A stretch of 64,000 nucleotides of DNA, counting the filler, from Stramenopiles sp. TOSAG23-6 (lineage: Eukaryota): the NCBI GenBank assembly GCA_900128565.1. It is 40 parts of 40 records of this genome, joined end to end, with 100 filler letters (N's around TTAATTAATTAA, not from the genome) between each part and the next. Parts side by side here need not be neighbours in the genome. Positions count along the whole stretch, not along the records: positions 11,297 to 12,809 come from LT638942.1; positions 12,910 to 14,421 come from LT638943.1; positions 14,522 to 16,033 come from LT638944.1; positions 16,134 to 17,644 come from LT638945.1; positions 17,745 to 19,254 come from LT638946.1; positions 19,355 to 20,864 come from LT638947.1; positions 20,965 to 22,472 come from LT638948.1; positions 22,573 to 24,080 come from LT638949.1; 32 more parts are not named here. One strand, written 5' to 3'. The notes beneath the pieces were generated by a model that searched no databases, was not told where the DNA came from, and was given only the letters and a program-made list of their open reading frames with translations. Position numbers and translations under genes: made by a program. Shown piece after piece: positions 12,035 to 24,270 of this stretch; the stretch's first letter is position 1, and every line of letters begins with the position of its first letter.

Positions 12035-12909
12035 ATGTATTCTGGAAAAATATTTCAAAAAAAATCTTAAAAAAATTGTTAGGTACAAAATTTCCGATAA
12101 AAAAAAATCTAAAAAAATTTTTTACGTACAAAATTTCCTACAAAAANNNNNNNNNNNNNNNNNNNNNNNNNNNNNNNNNNNNNNNNNNNNNNNNNNNNNN
12201 NNNNNNNNNNNNNNNNNNNNNNNNNNNNNNNNNNNNNNNNNNNNNNNNNNNNNNNNNNNNNNNNNNNNNNNNNNNNNNNNNNNNNNNNNNNNNNNNNNNN
12301 NNNNNNNNNNNNNNNNNNNNNNNNNNNNNNNNNNNNNNNNNNNAAAAAAAAAAAAAAAAAAAAAAATTTGATTTTTTTTTTTTACCGAAAAAAAAAAATT
12401 TCATAGTAAAAACTTGCATTGTCACTACAGTTATTAAAGTCATTAAGCTCAGTGTCTTGATCTTCTAAATATTTCTCAATTTTACTTTTTTCATCAAAAT
12501 GTTCAAGAAGCCAAAGAAGTCTCTATATTGTACAAAAATGTTTAATTTTTTTTGTTAGGTACGAAATTTACTACAAAAAAAAAAAAAAAAAAAAAAAAAT
12601 TTCGCATGAAAAAAAAACATTTTAAAATTCGTTAGGTACGACATTTCGTATGAAAAAAACATTTCTTTACAATAAAACGTACACGTAATACGAAAGTTTT
12701 TTTTTTTTTTTCGTAGACCAAGTCCAGAGTGAAGCAATTTTCTTTTCTGGAGGAGGAAATCACGATGTTTTTCAATGTATTTTGGAAAAATATTTCAAAA
12801 TTTTTTTTTNNNNNNNNNNNNNNNNNNNNNNNNNNNNNNNNNNNNNNNNNNNNTTAATTAATTAANNNNNNNNNNNNNNNNNNNNNNNNNNNNNNNNNNN
12901 NNNNNNNNN

Positions 12910-14421
12910 GACGATGATTTCTTGTTAAACATTGGATGTATTTGTTTTTTCGATTTCATGTTTTTCTCTTCTTCTATTCTAGCATCGGATACAATATCTA
13001 ATGACGATGTAGATGATATATTTTCATCTAAAACATCGTTTATTTCAGTATTCTTTTCAGCATTGAAATTTTCTTCCAATTTATTTTGAGGTGAAGTAGA
13101 ATTCGGGTTAGGCTTACATTCTTCTTTTTCTTTGACTATGTTAACTCCAGATTCAACAACTTTGTTTTTTTGTATCACAGTATTATCTTTGCATTCTTTT
13201 GTGTCTTTTTTGTTGCTACTATTTTGTTCTATGACGGACTCACTTTTTGTAGTACATTTTATCTTAGTATTGATGTCAACTTTTGCAACGAGTTGTTCAT
13301 CTTCATCATCGGAGTCAATAATTATTTTCTGTTGCCGCTTTGATTGAGTAAGTTTTCGTTTTGAAACTTCAATTTCAACACAAGGATCTGTTTTTTTATC
13401 ACCAACAGGGCTAAAAAATGACGTCATACGTTTTGTAGTTTGAGGAAAAGTTTCGACCTCATGATCGTCATGTAATTTTGTGAAAATATTTCAAACATTT
13501 GATGTTTTGTTAGGTACAAAATTTTGTTTTCGTAAAAAAAAAAAAAAAAAACTTGAAATAAAAGATGAAAACTTACATCATCTATATCCATACTATCATC
13601 AATATCATCACCAAGTATTTTGTAAAAATATTTCAAAAAAAAATTCGTTAGGTACAAAATTTCGTACGAAATTTTGTACCTAACGAATTTTTTTTTGAAA
13701 TATTTTTACAAAATACTTGGTGATGATATTGATGATAGTATGGATATAGATGATGTAAGTTTTCATCTTTTATTTCAAGTTTTTTTTTTTTTTTTTTACG
13801 AAAACAAAATTTTGTACCTAACAAAACATCAAATGTTTGAAATATTTTCACAAAATTACATGACGATCATGAGGTCGAAACTTTTCCTCAAACTACAAAA
13901 CGTATGACGTCATTTTTTAGCCCTGTTGGTGATAAAAAAACAGATCCTTGTGTTGAAATTGAAGTTTCAAAACGAAAACTTACTCAATCAAAGCGGCAAC
14001 AGAAAATAATTATTGACTCCGATGATGAAGATGAACAACTCGTTGCAAAAGTTGACATCAATACTAAGATAAAATGTACTACAAAAAGTGAGTCCGTCAT
14101 AGAACAAAATAGTAGCAACAAAAAAGACACAAAAGAATGCAAAGATAATACTGTGATACAAAAAAACAAAGTTGTTGAATCTGGAGTTAACATAGTCAAA
14201 GAAAAAGAAGAATGTAAGCCTAACCCGAATTCTACTTCACCTCAAAATAAATTGGAAGAAAATTTCAATGCTGAAAAGAATACTGAAATAAACGATGTTT
14301 TAGATGAAAATATATCATCTACATCGTCATTAGATATTGTATCCGATGCTAGAATAGAAGAAGAGAAAAACATGAAATCGAAAAAACAAATACATCCAAT
14401 GTTTAACAAGAAATCATCGTC
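12910..14421. repeat. Whole-contig perfect palindrome (probable fold-back or assembly artefact)
   Basis: Mirror-image ORFs with the symmetry axis at 13665/13666, inside the intron palindrome TTTCGTACGAAA. Confidence 0.9.
13719..14421 (+). CDS. Low-complexity hypothetical protein exons with GT-AT intron 13755-13861
   Basis: GAT|GTAAG...TTACAT|GAC joins in frame to the 13904 ORF. A mirrored copy lies on the minus strand. Confidence 0.55.
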
Positions 14422-14527
14422 NNNNNNNNNNNNNNNNNNNNNNNNNNNNNNNNNNNNNNNNNNNNTTAATTAATTAANNNNNNNNNNNNNNNNNNNNNNN
14501 NNNNNNNNNNNNNNNNNNNNNCCTGCC

Positions 14528-15553
14528 ATGGAAGAGTTAAATGAAACGGACGCAACCGTTTTTACCCCTGAAGAAGGGGATGAAGAAAGTCCGACTTTGA
14601 TGGATATTATGTATCCAGTAGAATTGTTAACTCGTTTTCTCTCTGTACCTGATATGGTATCACTTTCCGCTACAAATAAAGCGATGCGTGAGCGTGTCAG
14701 TGACAATGCTAAGTCAATGATTACGAAATTTGCCAGAGAAGTTGGACGATACACTGGTGAAGAACAAATAAAAGATTCTTCCGAAAACACAGAAGGCGAA
14801 ACTTCATTAAAAATGTTATATCGTATACAAAGGATTGAAGAAATGGTTTCTCGAATTTCTAATCACTTCAAAGCAACAACAAACACTCTTACAAAGAAAG
14901 AAAACGAAAGCCGTGATGTTTGGCTAAACCGTATAGAAAGCACATTATTGGAAAGGCAAGCTTTGACTGCGTTGTATAATAATACGAATGGAGATAACTG
15001 GAAGCGTAAAGATTGTTGGAACACAGATGTGAATACTTGTATGTGGTATGGAGTCACGTGTACTGAAGGAAGTGTTACTAAATTAGATTTGTCATTCAAC
15101 AACCTCTCTGATTCAATTCCAAACGAAATTGGTCAACTAACAAGTCTTGAATATTTGTACTTGTATAGCAACAACCTATCTGGTTCAATTCCGAGTGAAA
15201 TTGGTAAACTAAAAAAGCTCACTGGGTTGTACTTGTCAAATAACGAACTATCTGGTTCAATTCCAAGTGAAATTGGTCAACTGACAAAACTCAGAAGTTT
15301 GAACTTGGCAAACAACAAAGTATCTGGTTCAATTCCAACGGAAATTGGTCAACTAAGAAAGCTTTGGGCTTTGAACTTGCGCGAAAACGAACTATCTGGT
15401 ACAATTCCAAGTGAAATTGGTCAACTAACAAATCTCAGTCGTTTGTTTTTGTCCAAAAACCAACTATCTGGTCCAATTCCAGAGGAAATTGGTCAACTAA
15501 CANATCTCACACATGTTGCTATTAGTCAGGCAACAACCTATCTCATCAAATGA
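14528..15553 (+). CDS. Leucine-rich repeat protein (plant-type LRR, LSGSIPSEIGQL) with LRRNT cap, intronless
   Basis: About six 24-aa LRRs and a CMWYGVTC cap motif. Confidence 0.9.
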   Translation: MEELNETDATVFTPEEGDEESPTLMDIMYPVELLTRFLSVPDMVSLSATNKAMRERVSDNAKSMITKFAREVGRYTGEEQIKDSSENTEGETSLKMLYRIQRIEEMVSRISNHFKATTNTLTKKENESRDVWLNRIESTLLERQALTALYNNTNGDNWKRKDCWNTDVNTCMWYGVTCTEGSVTKLDLSFNNLSDSIPNEIGQLTSLEYLYLYSNNLSGSIPSEIGKLKKLTGLYLSNNELSGSIPSEIGQLTKLRSLNLANNKVSGSIPTEIGQLRKLWALNLRENELSGTIPSEIGQLTNLSRLFLSKNQLSGPIPEEIGQLTXLTHVAISQATTYLIK

Positions 15554-16215
15554 ATGAATAAATGAACCGAATTAATAGTATGAAAAGTCAACATTGAGAA
15601 TACACTGTTTGTATTAAATATTATTCGTTCATCCAGTTATATATTCAGTACACATGGATGGACTTTGTTAATTTATATTTGGTTGATTTAATACCTTGAT
15701 TGAATCTATGAAAATCTGAAAATTTTGTATTTCTAACTAAATCATATGAAAATACAGCAGCCTGATACTTGTAGTAAGGTTGCAAGTACACAACAAAATA
15801 CATTTCAGAACGTTTCAATTTGTTAATTTATTTTTTTTCATATGAAATTTTCTACTTAACAAAAAAATAAAACAATTTATCAAAACACTAACTAGTAACA
15901 AAATATAACCCGAATTTCACTCCAATATCGTTTTACTTTCACCCGAATTTCACAATTTTTAACTTTGTAAAAATTCCTAGTTAAATGGTACAAATAATAC
16001 ACATCTGTTGTAAATAAAAATAACCNGCCTAAANNNNNNNNNNNNNNNNNNNNNNNNNNNNNNNNNNNNNNNNNNNNTTAATTAATTAANNNNNNNNNNN
16101 NNNNNNNNNNNNNNNNNNNNNNNNNNNNNNNNNTTCAAAAAAAAAAATTCAAAAATTTGTTAGGTACAAAATTTCGTATGAAAAAAAAATCATACAAAAA
16201 AAAAAAAAAACATAC

Positions 16216-17554
16216 ATGCAACCGTTTAGGTAATTCAACAGAATCATCAGCAATGTATTCTTCTTTTAATGTAATCATGTATTTTGGAAAAATATTTCAA
16301 AAAAATCAAAAAAAAATTGTTAGGTACAAAATTTACTATAAAAAAATGTAGACAAAAAATTAAAAAAATAAAACATAAAAAACAAAAATTTCTTAGGTAC
16401 AAAATTTACTAGAAAAAAATGTAGACAAAAAATTAAAAAAAATAAAACATACATTTTTGATTCCTGTTCAAGTTCAGTAATTGTGTCCATTGGTTGTAGA
16501 TCACCAGAAGCAACAGTCGTTGCAGTAGCGACAGACCATTGAATTAATTTTACTAAAAGCCACCAACAAGGGAGTTTTAAATGAGCGGCGTCGATTTATT
16601 GTGAAAAAATATTTCAAAAAAAAATTAAAATTTGTTAGGTACGAAATGTCGTACGAAAAAAAAAAAATTTTTTCTGAAAAAATATTTCAAAAAAAAAAAA
16701 AATTTGTTAGGTACAAAATGTCGTACGAAAACCAAAAAATGAAAACGTACATACAACTAGAGTCTCCATATAAAGCAATTCGACCTCCAGACATTTTATT
16801 TACTTTTTCTGTTTCATTATTTTGAGATACGTTTGTATCAAATAATCCCAAAATAGGTATGTATTTCAAAAAAATATTTCAAAAAAAAATTAAAAAATTT
16901 GTTAGGTACAAAAATTTTTTTACCAAAAAAAAAAAAAAATAAATGTGAAATTAAAAAAAACATACATATCATATTCCAAGATATGGTTTGTATTATTCAT
17001 CATTTCTTTACCTTGATTATACAAAGGCACACGAAATAATTTCCCCCCTCGTGGAAATCGAGCAATAGAACTTCCAGATGAATATTGAAATCGTCGTTGT
17101 GAAAATGGAAGATATATTTTAAAAAAATATTTCAAAAAAAAAAAAAATTCTTAGGTACAAAATTTACTACAAAAAAAAAAAATATTTTTAGAAAATATTT
17201 CAAAAAAAAAAATCATAAAAAATTTGTTAGGTACAAAAATTGTTTTACCAAAAAAAAAAATAAATAAATAAAACATACATAGATTTCACCATTAAACACT
17301 TGATTACTCAAAGAAATACCAAATGGAGCTAATAATTCATTATACGCCGGTGCATTCGCACCACCTCCAATAACACTTTTCCAAAATACTGAAGTATTTG
17401 TATCAAAAAATCCAATTTTTTCGTGTGTCAATTTCGAATTAAACCACTCTGCAAAGACAACAACAGAAAGACCTTTTTCTCTTATATCATTTTCTAATTT
17501 AATTCGTTCTTCAGGGATGAAATTTTCTTCAGAATCCGCGAGAAGTAAAACTCC
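16216..17554 (-). CDS. MBTPS1: Site-1 protease (subtilisin-like), C-terminal exons
   Basis: GVLLLADSEENF, GLSVVVFAEWFN, FFDTNT, GGANAPAYNELLAPFGI, GRIALYGDSSC|IDAAH. Joined by GT-AT introns 17112-17278, 16859-16965, 16594-16750 and 16277-16452. Confidence 0.88.
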
Positions 17555-17774
17555 ATTTATTTTGGAAAAATATTTCAAAATTTTCTTTAAAAAAAAATTG
17601 TTAGGTACAAAATTTCGTACGAAAAAAAAATTCGATTTTTTTGTNNNNNNNNNNNNNNNNNNNNNNNNNNNNNNNNNNNNNNNNNNNNTTAATTAATTAA
17701 NNNNNNNNNNNNNNNNNNNNNNNNNNNNNNNNNNNNNNNNNNNNAATACATTTTGTAAAGATTTTTTTGAAAAA

Positions 17775-19148
17775 ATGTTGAATTCAAAACAAGATGATGA
17801 TGCTAAGACTGATGATGCAAAAGCTGATGATGCTAAAGCTAAAGCTGCAAAAGCTGATGATGCTAAACAAAAGGAAGAAATAGTTGCCCAAATTTCTTCA
17901 AATCCTAAAACGGCTTTTAATGATTTACTTGAACTTTTCAAGAAGAAGTATGGTATGATCCCAATGAATTTTGAAACATTTCTAGCATTTATAGAGAATG
18001 AACCGAATGAACCAATCCAACCAAGTCAACCAAAAAAGGGAAAAAATGAGAAAAAATACAAAAAGCAAATGGCAAAATACAAAAAAATCATGAAAAAATA
18101 CAAGAAAAGCATGGCAAAATACGAAGAGAAGTTGAACAAATACAGGGAGAAGTTGAACAAATACAAGGAGATTCAGGAACCATTTAAATCATATATTTCT
18201 ACACAGCAAGAATTTAAAGAATTTAACGATGTGAGTATAGAAGTTTTTTTTTCAAATATAGCGCAACTAGATGAGACTTTCTTGAAGGAAAGCATTGTAG
18301 CATTTCAAAAGGTTTATAAGACAGATGTAATCGATGATAGTGATAAGCTTATCATTTGGGGATTTATTAAAGGAATTCTAAAACTACATTCAATCAAAGT
18401 GCCAGAAAATTTGAAACTTCATTTTTTTGGAGTATTCTCTATTGTCGAAAAGGAGCAATTAAAATCGCCAAAATCGTCAAAATCGTCAAAACCAAAAGTT
18501 GTTGAATATAATGTACAATGTAGTCATCATCATATCATACCTCAAGCAATGCTTAAACGTGTATGGGAGCATTTAACAGCTGCACTCACAGTACAAGATA
18601 TTGGGTTTCGTGATGATAAAGAGATAAAACAACTCTTTTTCAAGTTATTAGCTACACTTGATCCTACTTTATTGTATAATCCTATTGAAAACAAAAATAT
18701 ACATGATGCTACAAAATATTTAACACGTTTTATGTGGATGAAAGGAGATATTGTTGTAGGTCCTACCAAGAGACACAATGAAAAAGAAAATGAAGCAAGA
18801 GAAAAACTATGGGATGTGTATAGAGAAATGAAAGAAATGAAAGAAAAAGCAGCAGTCATCTACGGGGTGAAGCCGAATGCTGTCAAAGACGCAGGCCGTC
18901 GATTTGGTGCCAACTTGGACAATCAAACAATCGATTTTGTTACTGACGTTCTCAACAAGAGAGATGAAACAGTACAACCGACACCTTTTATGAAGAAAAA
19001 ACAATATTCTGTTGTTATTGATGATGCTAAAAATAATTTTTATTTTGCTTCAAAAGCTTTACAAAAAGCAAAATTGGATATGCAAAAACGTGATGAATTA
19101 TTTAAAAAGAGTGATATCATGTATCGATATGATGAAACACAAGACTAT
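17775..19148 (+). CDS. Hypothetical protein with HHIIP motif, long exon
   Basis: Open frame of ~458 codons ending at a family donor TAT|GTATG. Confidence 0.65.
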
Positions 19149-19674
19149 GTATGTTTTACTTTTTTTCAAATTCGAAATGTTTTTTTATAGTAAATTTTGT
19201 ACCTAACAAAATTTTAGTTTTTTTTTTTTTGAAATATTTTTCCAAAATACATGANNNNNNNNNNNNNNNNNNNNNNNNNNNNNNNNNNNNNNNNNNNNTT
19301 AATTAATTAANNNNNNNNNNNNNNNNNNNNNNNNNNNNNNNNNNNNNNNNNNNNAATATGGTAAAGATGGTTAACTCTGTAATTAATGCCGACAATGGTA
19401 TATATCCAAGTTCTGTCCGAAATGCAGCTAAAAACTGTGGGTCTACTCTTGAGGCTTGGGTTGCAGGAACCGTATTTGTTGAAAAGAAGAAGAAGGTATC
19501 TAATGGGAAGAAGAGAAAAGCTAGTGCGAAAAATGTTCAGCAAAAATCATCAAAGAAGAAAAAGTCAAATGTAAATCGTAATAGTCTGTTGTAGAAGTCT
19601 ATACATAACACTTCTATATTATATTATATTTTATGTCAATAATATAAAATTTCATTCATAATTTATCTATTTAT

Positions 19675-20668
19675 CTATTCATCAAACAAATTGGCTGGTT
19701 GCCGTAATACTTTCACATATCTATATATTTTTGTAATTAAATATGTACCATAGACGAGAATTGCAAGCACCAGCTGAGTGATTAAACTAGCAACCATAAA
19801 CTCAGTAACCCATTGCGTACAACCTGGTCCACCATTCCATAAGTTTAGTTTCTTCAAACCAATCCAACCATAAATTTGAAATACAATGATCAATTGAAAG
19901 AGAACGAGACCACAAATTTTCACATATCGGACTTCAATTACTTTTCTCTTTGATTTAGTAGGTATTATGCCACGGCCTTTGCACAAACATGTTACTACAG
20001 AGGATGTAATCCAGACCAAACAACTTACATAAAAGATAATTGGAGGTATACTTATATACCAAATAGTTCTCTCTAGTAGTTTTGAGTCACACTTAATGGT
20101 CTCATCAGCAAGACAAGTTTGCATTTGTTGCGCGCACTCATTTTTTTTCAAGGTTTCCAGTTCGTAGGGTAATGTCTCTTTTTTATGACAACTTTCTACG
20201 CATCCGGGTCCTTTTTCTTGGTGATTTCCTTGGCGGACAAGAATTCCAATAAGTAAAACATCTGGGCTTTGTAAATGCAGTCATAGCTCCTGGTTTCCCG
20301 CAGGAGTATGCACAATTCATGAGTTTAGGGTTCGGGAAAAGCTTTTGTTTAATTGTTATTGTTGTATATGTTGAGAAAGAAGGAGAATAATTCCACGCAA
20401 CAAATAAGTCTCTTGCTTGCCCCAATCTTTCCGAAGGTGTGATTAAAAATGGAGCCAGTACAACAATAACTAAACCTAGATAGAACATATATAATGGGAA
20501 GTGTTTCCCCCATTGAGCTTTACCATTAGAGCAAAATTTTTTCAAGGCCATTTTACAATCTTTAAGACGCAGTTTTTTTTTTTGTGCATGTGCTTTCGGA
20601 ACTTGCTCAGCAGCGGCCTCGACTTCAAAGCTGTTTCTAATTCTGTCCCCTACTTCTTGAGATTCCAT
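19675..20668 (-). pseudogene. Multi-TM protein with a Cys-rich loop, split by a +1 frameshift near 20225-20240
   Basis: Two consecutive ORFs. The downstream frame is open upstream (QEKGPGCVESCH...) and overlaps the upstream frame. Could be a sequencing error. Confidence 0.45.
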
Positions 20669-21351
20669 CGTCAGATATATAAGGGGAAGTGAAACTTATT
20701 TCAATTTCAAAGAACAATGATGGGTAAATATATTATTTATATTGCCTAATATTATGGAGAGAGCATTTGTTCGTGAGGGAGCATTGACGATTATTTGAGA
20801 TTCAAAATCGTATTTTTTTACGTTAAATTTTGATTTGAAATCAAACGGCAAAGCAAACCAAACANNNNNNNNNNNNNNNNNNNNNNNNNNNNNNNNNNNN
20901 NNNNNNNNTTAATTAATTAANNNNNNNNNNNNNNNNNNNNNNNNNNNNNNNNNNNNNNNNNNNNCTAGTGGTTTTATTGTTATGCATGCCATAATAAGGA
21001 GAAGTCTGTTTAGGTATGAATGTTTAGCCATGTTATTAGTAAATACACTTAAGGAATAGATAATATATTATCGTATCCACTGTATCGGATTCGGATGTGA
21101 TTCAAGATACGAATCGTACCGTATATATTACACGGACATACCCGTGCTACAAAGTGAGCCAACCCAAATATATATACGCGTCGATCTCGAGCTGACTCTT
21201 TTGGGGAACTAACAAATCAAATCTACTAGTTAGGCTTATAGTAGTAGCTTTTTCGAACGATTTGGCCACGATTTGGCCAAACCTATTACGAATATTCAAT
21301 ATTATACATCTTTCTTCCGTGTATTCTGCATACATTTTCACTTCTAACAAG

Positions 21352-22427
21352 ATGCCTATATTACTTGTTCGACATGCAGAGCGAGCCGACTACGTTGCAA
21401 AGAAGTGTAATAAAAATTGGATTAAAGTGAGTCAAACTATGGAACCTTGGAATCCCCCTTTATCACAACGTGGGATACGCCAAGCTTATTGGTTAGGAAA
21501 GTTGATTGAAAGAGAGATTTCACGACTAGGGTTGCCACCCGTAGCACGTATTTTTAGTTCACCTTTTCATAGATGCTTACAAACAGCTGTTGGTGCCATT
21601 GAAGGACTAGGGGGAAGCCGGAAACTGAAAGTTGCAATAGAACCAAGCTTGGTGGAATCGTATTTTATATAATACTATCATAACACACACGATTGTAAAA
21701 AAAGTATCACTGTTTATTAACTTGTATTTTGATTAATATATTGTACAGATTATGTTATGTGTGAAGATTTTTTCAGATCTTGGTGTACCAAAAAAAGTGA
21801 TGGTACTTGGGGGGGAGCAAAAGGATTTCGAAAAGGTGTTCCAATAAATGACGAAGACTTACACTTTGCATCAAAAGATAACTTTGGTAAATGGATAGAT
21901 AGACCAGATGAAATTGCTCAGAAATACTTGAAAATTAGCCCATATATAGATCAGTCATATATGTCTCTACTATATACAAATGAAAAAAGAACAGAAAATA
22001 CCATGGCGGAAAATCACTGTAAAGTTTCATCCTTTACCTTTCAATGGGAACAATTCGAAGACTGTCCAGGAACATTAACCTCACCTGGTGTTTGTATTGG
22101 AAATTACAAAATTAACCATAGTGCAAAGAGTTCAAGTAAAGGTAGTGGCCTCTTAGGTAGACTTGGTCGTTTTTTTGAATATGTATCGACAATGTATCCA
22201 AATGAAACTGTAATTCTTGTTTCGCATGGCATGTGCATAAATCTACTTTTCCGTCATAGTCAACGTGGCTCTCTTGATGTTCCTCGTGTAGGATATACTT
22301 CTCTATTCATCTTAGAAAAGCCGCTTGTAACTAATGACAAATGGAATCCGTTGGTTATAGCCAATGGTTCAGCCATTGAAATAGAACGTCTTGGCAGTCT
22401 TTCCTTGAATAATGCATTCGAAGTCAT
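21352..22427 (+). CDS. Histidine phosphatase (phosphoglycerate mutase-like) family protein, two exons visible
   Basis: LVRHAERAD, FSSPFHRCLQTA, IEPSLVE and ILVSHG motifs. Intron at ~21660-21755. Confidence 0.85.
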
Positions 22428-22669
22428 GTATGTTTTATTTTTTTTTCAATTTCAAATTTATTTTTTTTCGTANNNNNNNNNNNNNNNNNNNNNNNNNNNN
22501 NNNNNNNNNNNNNNNNTTAATTAATTAANNNNNNNNNNNNNNNNNNNNNNNNNNNNNNNNNNNNNNNNNNNNAAAATATTTTTTAAAATTTTTTTGTAAT
22601 TTGTTTTGTTAGGTACAAAATTTCGTACGAAAAAAAAATAAATTTGAAATTTAAAAAAATAAAACATAC

Positions 22670-23725
22670 GTGCAATGCAGGTTGACAATTTTCGAAACTA
22701 TTTATCATTGCGACAAAGACTAATACGATAATAGACACAATAAAATGAAAACTACGCCAAATTTTTGGACTACGAGCAGGCCAACCACCAATTGCTTTGA
22801 CTAACTCAGGAGTCTTATATAGCGAGTAAACCCTCCAAAATATATATATATTGATAAAAAATATATCAAATTTGAAATTCGTTAGGTATAGAATTTTTTT
22901 AACGAAAAAAAAAAAAAANACTTTCGTTAGGTACAAAATTTCGTACGAAAACTATTAAAAAAAAAATTAAAATTGTTTGTACAGGTGAAAACATANAAGC
23001 CGCTATAAGCAAAGTAGATAAAATAGATAGAACAAAGCCAACTGTATTCATATTCTCCTTTGTAATACCACTTGAATTTAAAAGAGTACTCACTTGACCA
23101 TTTCCTGTTCCAGTCGCATGTATTGTGAAAAAATACTTTCAAAAAAAATCGTTAGGTACAAAATTTTCATAGTAAAAAAATAAATTTGAAATTTATGATA
23201 AAAACGTACAAGAATTGTAATGTCAGCACAATTATAATAATTCTGATCACCGTCCCAGAACCACTGAAGAACACAATTATCGCATGTAGCTGTAGATGGT
23301 ATTGTAACTTGCTTGGTTTCTGTTCCTTGAGCAGCACCACAGTTGAAAGATCCAGTGAGGTCAAATGTATCAGGAGACGTTGCATCAAGAACTCCTTGGT
23401 TGTTTACAGTGTATTCCGCATCGTCATTTTCTCCTGGTGCAATGGACTTTGTAGTCAAGCTTATTCGACAAGTGCCACCATGTGGAATAGTAATTTGATG
23501 TGTTACTGTCATGGTTTGACCTGCCTCAAAGACTGCTGAAGGAGCACCCTTTATTTGCTGGTTTTCATCACCACAAGGACCAACCCCAGCTCCACCTTTG
23601 TTGTTTCCTGCGTCACTGACACCAGTTCTAGGTTGAGGTACCGTCAGAAGTCCATGACCATATACTAAAGGCTGCGACACAAGCAAAACTAAAATATGTG
23701 CCGTAGTGGATAATAAAGAATACAT
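22670..23725 (-). CDS. Secreted LPMO-like (N-terminal His) domain fused to transmembrane helices, partial
   Basis: A signal peptide is followed by HGLLTVPQPR, IPHGGTC, CDNCVLQWFW and YYNCADITI. GT-AT intron 23118-23209 leads into hydrophobic helices. Confidence 0.7.
23118..23209 (-). other. GT-AT family intron (no AT duplication)
   Basis: CTT|GTACG...CAATACAT|GCG is in frame. Confidence 0.75.
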
Positions 23726-24270
23726 TTCAATGAAATCTTTTTATAAGCACAAAGATATATTATATTTTATGTCGAGATAAATCACGATTCAAACGATTCA
23801 AAGTCGAAGACGCTAAAAAACGCGCCAACCCCAACCCTAACCAAAGGTATATAGATACCTTTGACCCTATAACCGCTAGCCTAAAATAATTAATGAATCT
23901 TATTTTTATGCATATGAGAGAGAGAGAGAGAGAGAGGGTACCGTTTCACATTTTGCATATATAAATTCAAAATTGAGTAATATATATATATATAAATGAA
24001 AGATTATTCATATTTGTTGTACGTAATAAATTCAAAATTGAGTAATATATATATATATAAATGAAAGATTATTCATATTTNNNNNNNNNNNNNNNNNNNN
24101 NNNNNNNNNNNNNNNNNNNNNNNNTTAATTAATTAANNNNNNNNNNNNNNNNNNNNNNNNNNNNNNNNNNNNNNNNNNNNAAAAAAAAAAACTAAAATTT
24201 GTTAGGTACAAAATTTCGTACGAAAAAAAAAATCGTTTTTTTTTGAAAAAAAAAATAAAATAAAACATAC

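Noticed and set aside
13424-13907. Many short ORFs containing [21 protein letters not shown] or LGTKFR as a protein family
   Set aside because: These are translations of the repeated intron core in different frames.
12910-14421. Giant palindrome as a real hairpin or divergent gene pair
   Set aside because: The arms are identical and centred on the intron palindrome, typical of amplification fold-back or assembly artefacts.
16216-17644. Ciliate-like internally eliminated sequences excised at the DNA level (dinucleotide-bounded, inverted ends)
   Set aside because: The elements are asymmetric, always sense-oriented in genes, carry GT donors and a branch-like CTAAC, and some lack the duplication. 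This favours RNA splicing, but it is not formally excluded without read data.
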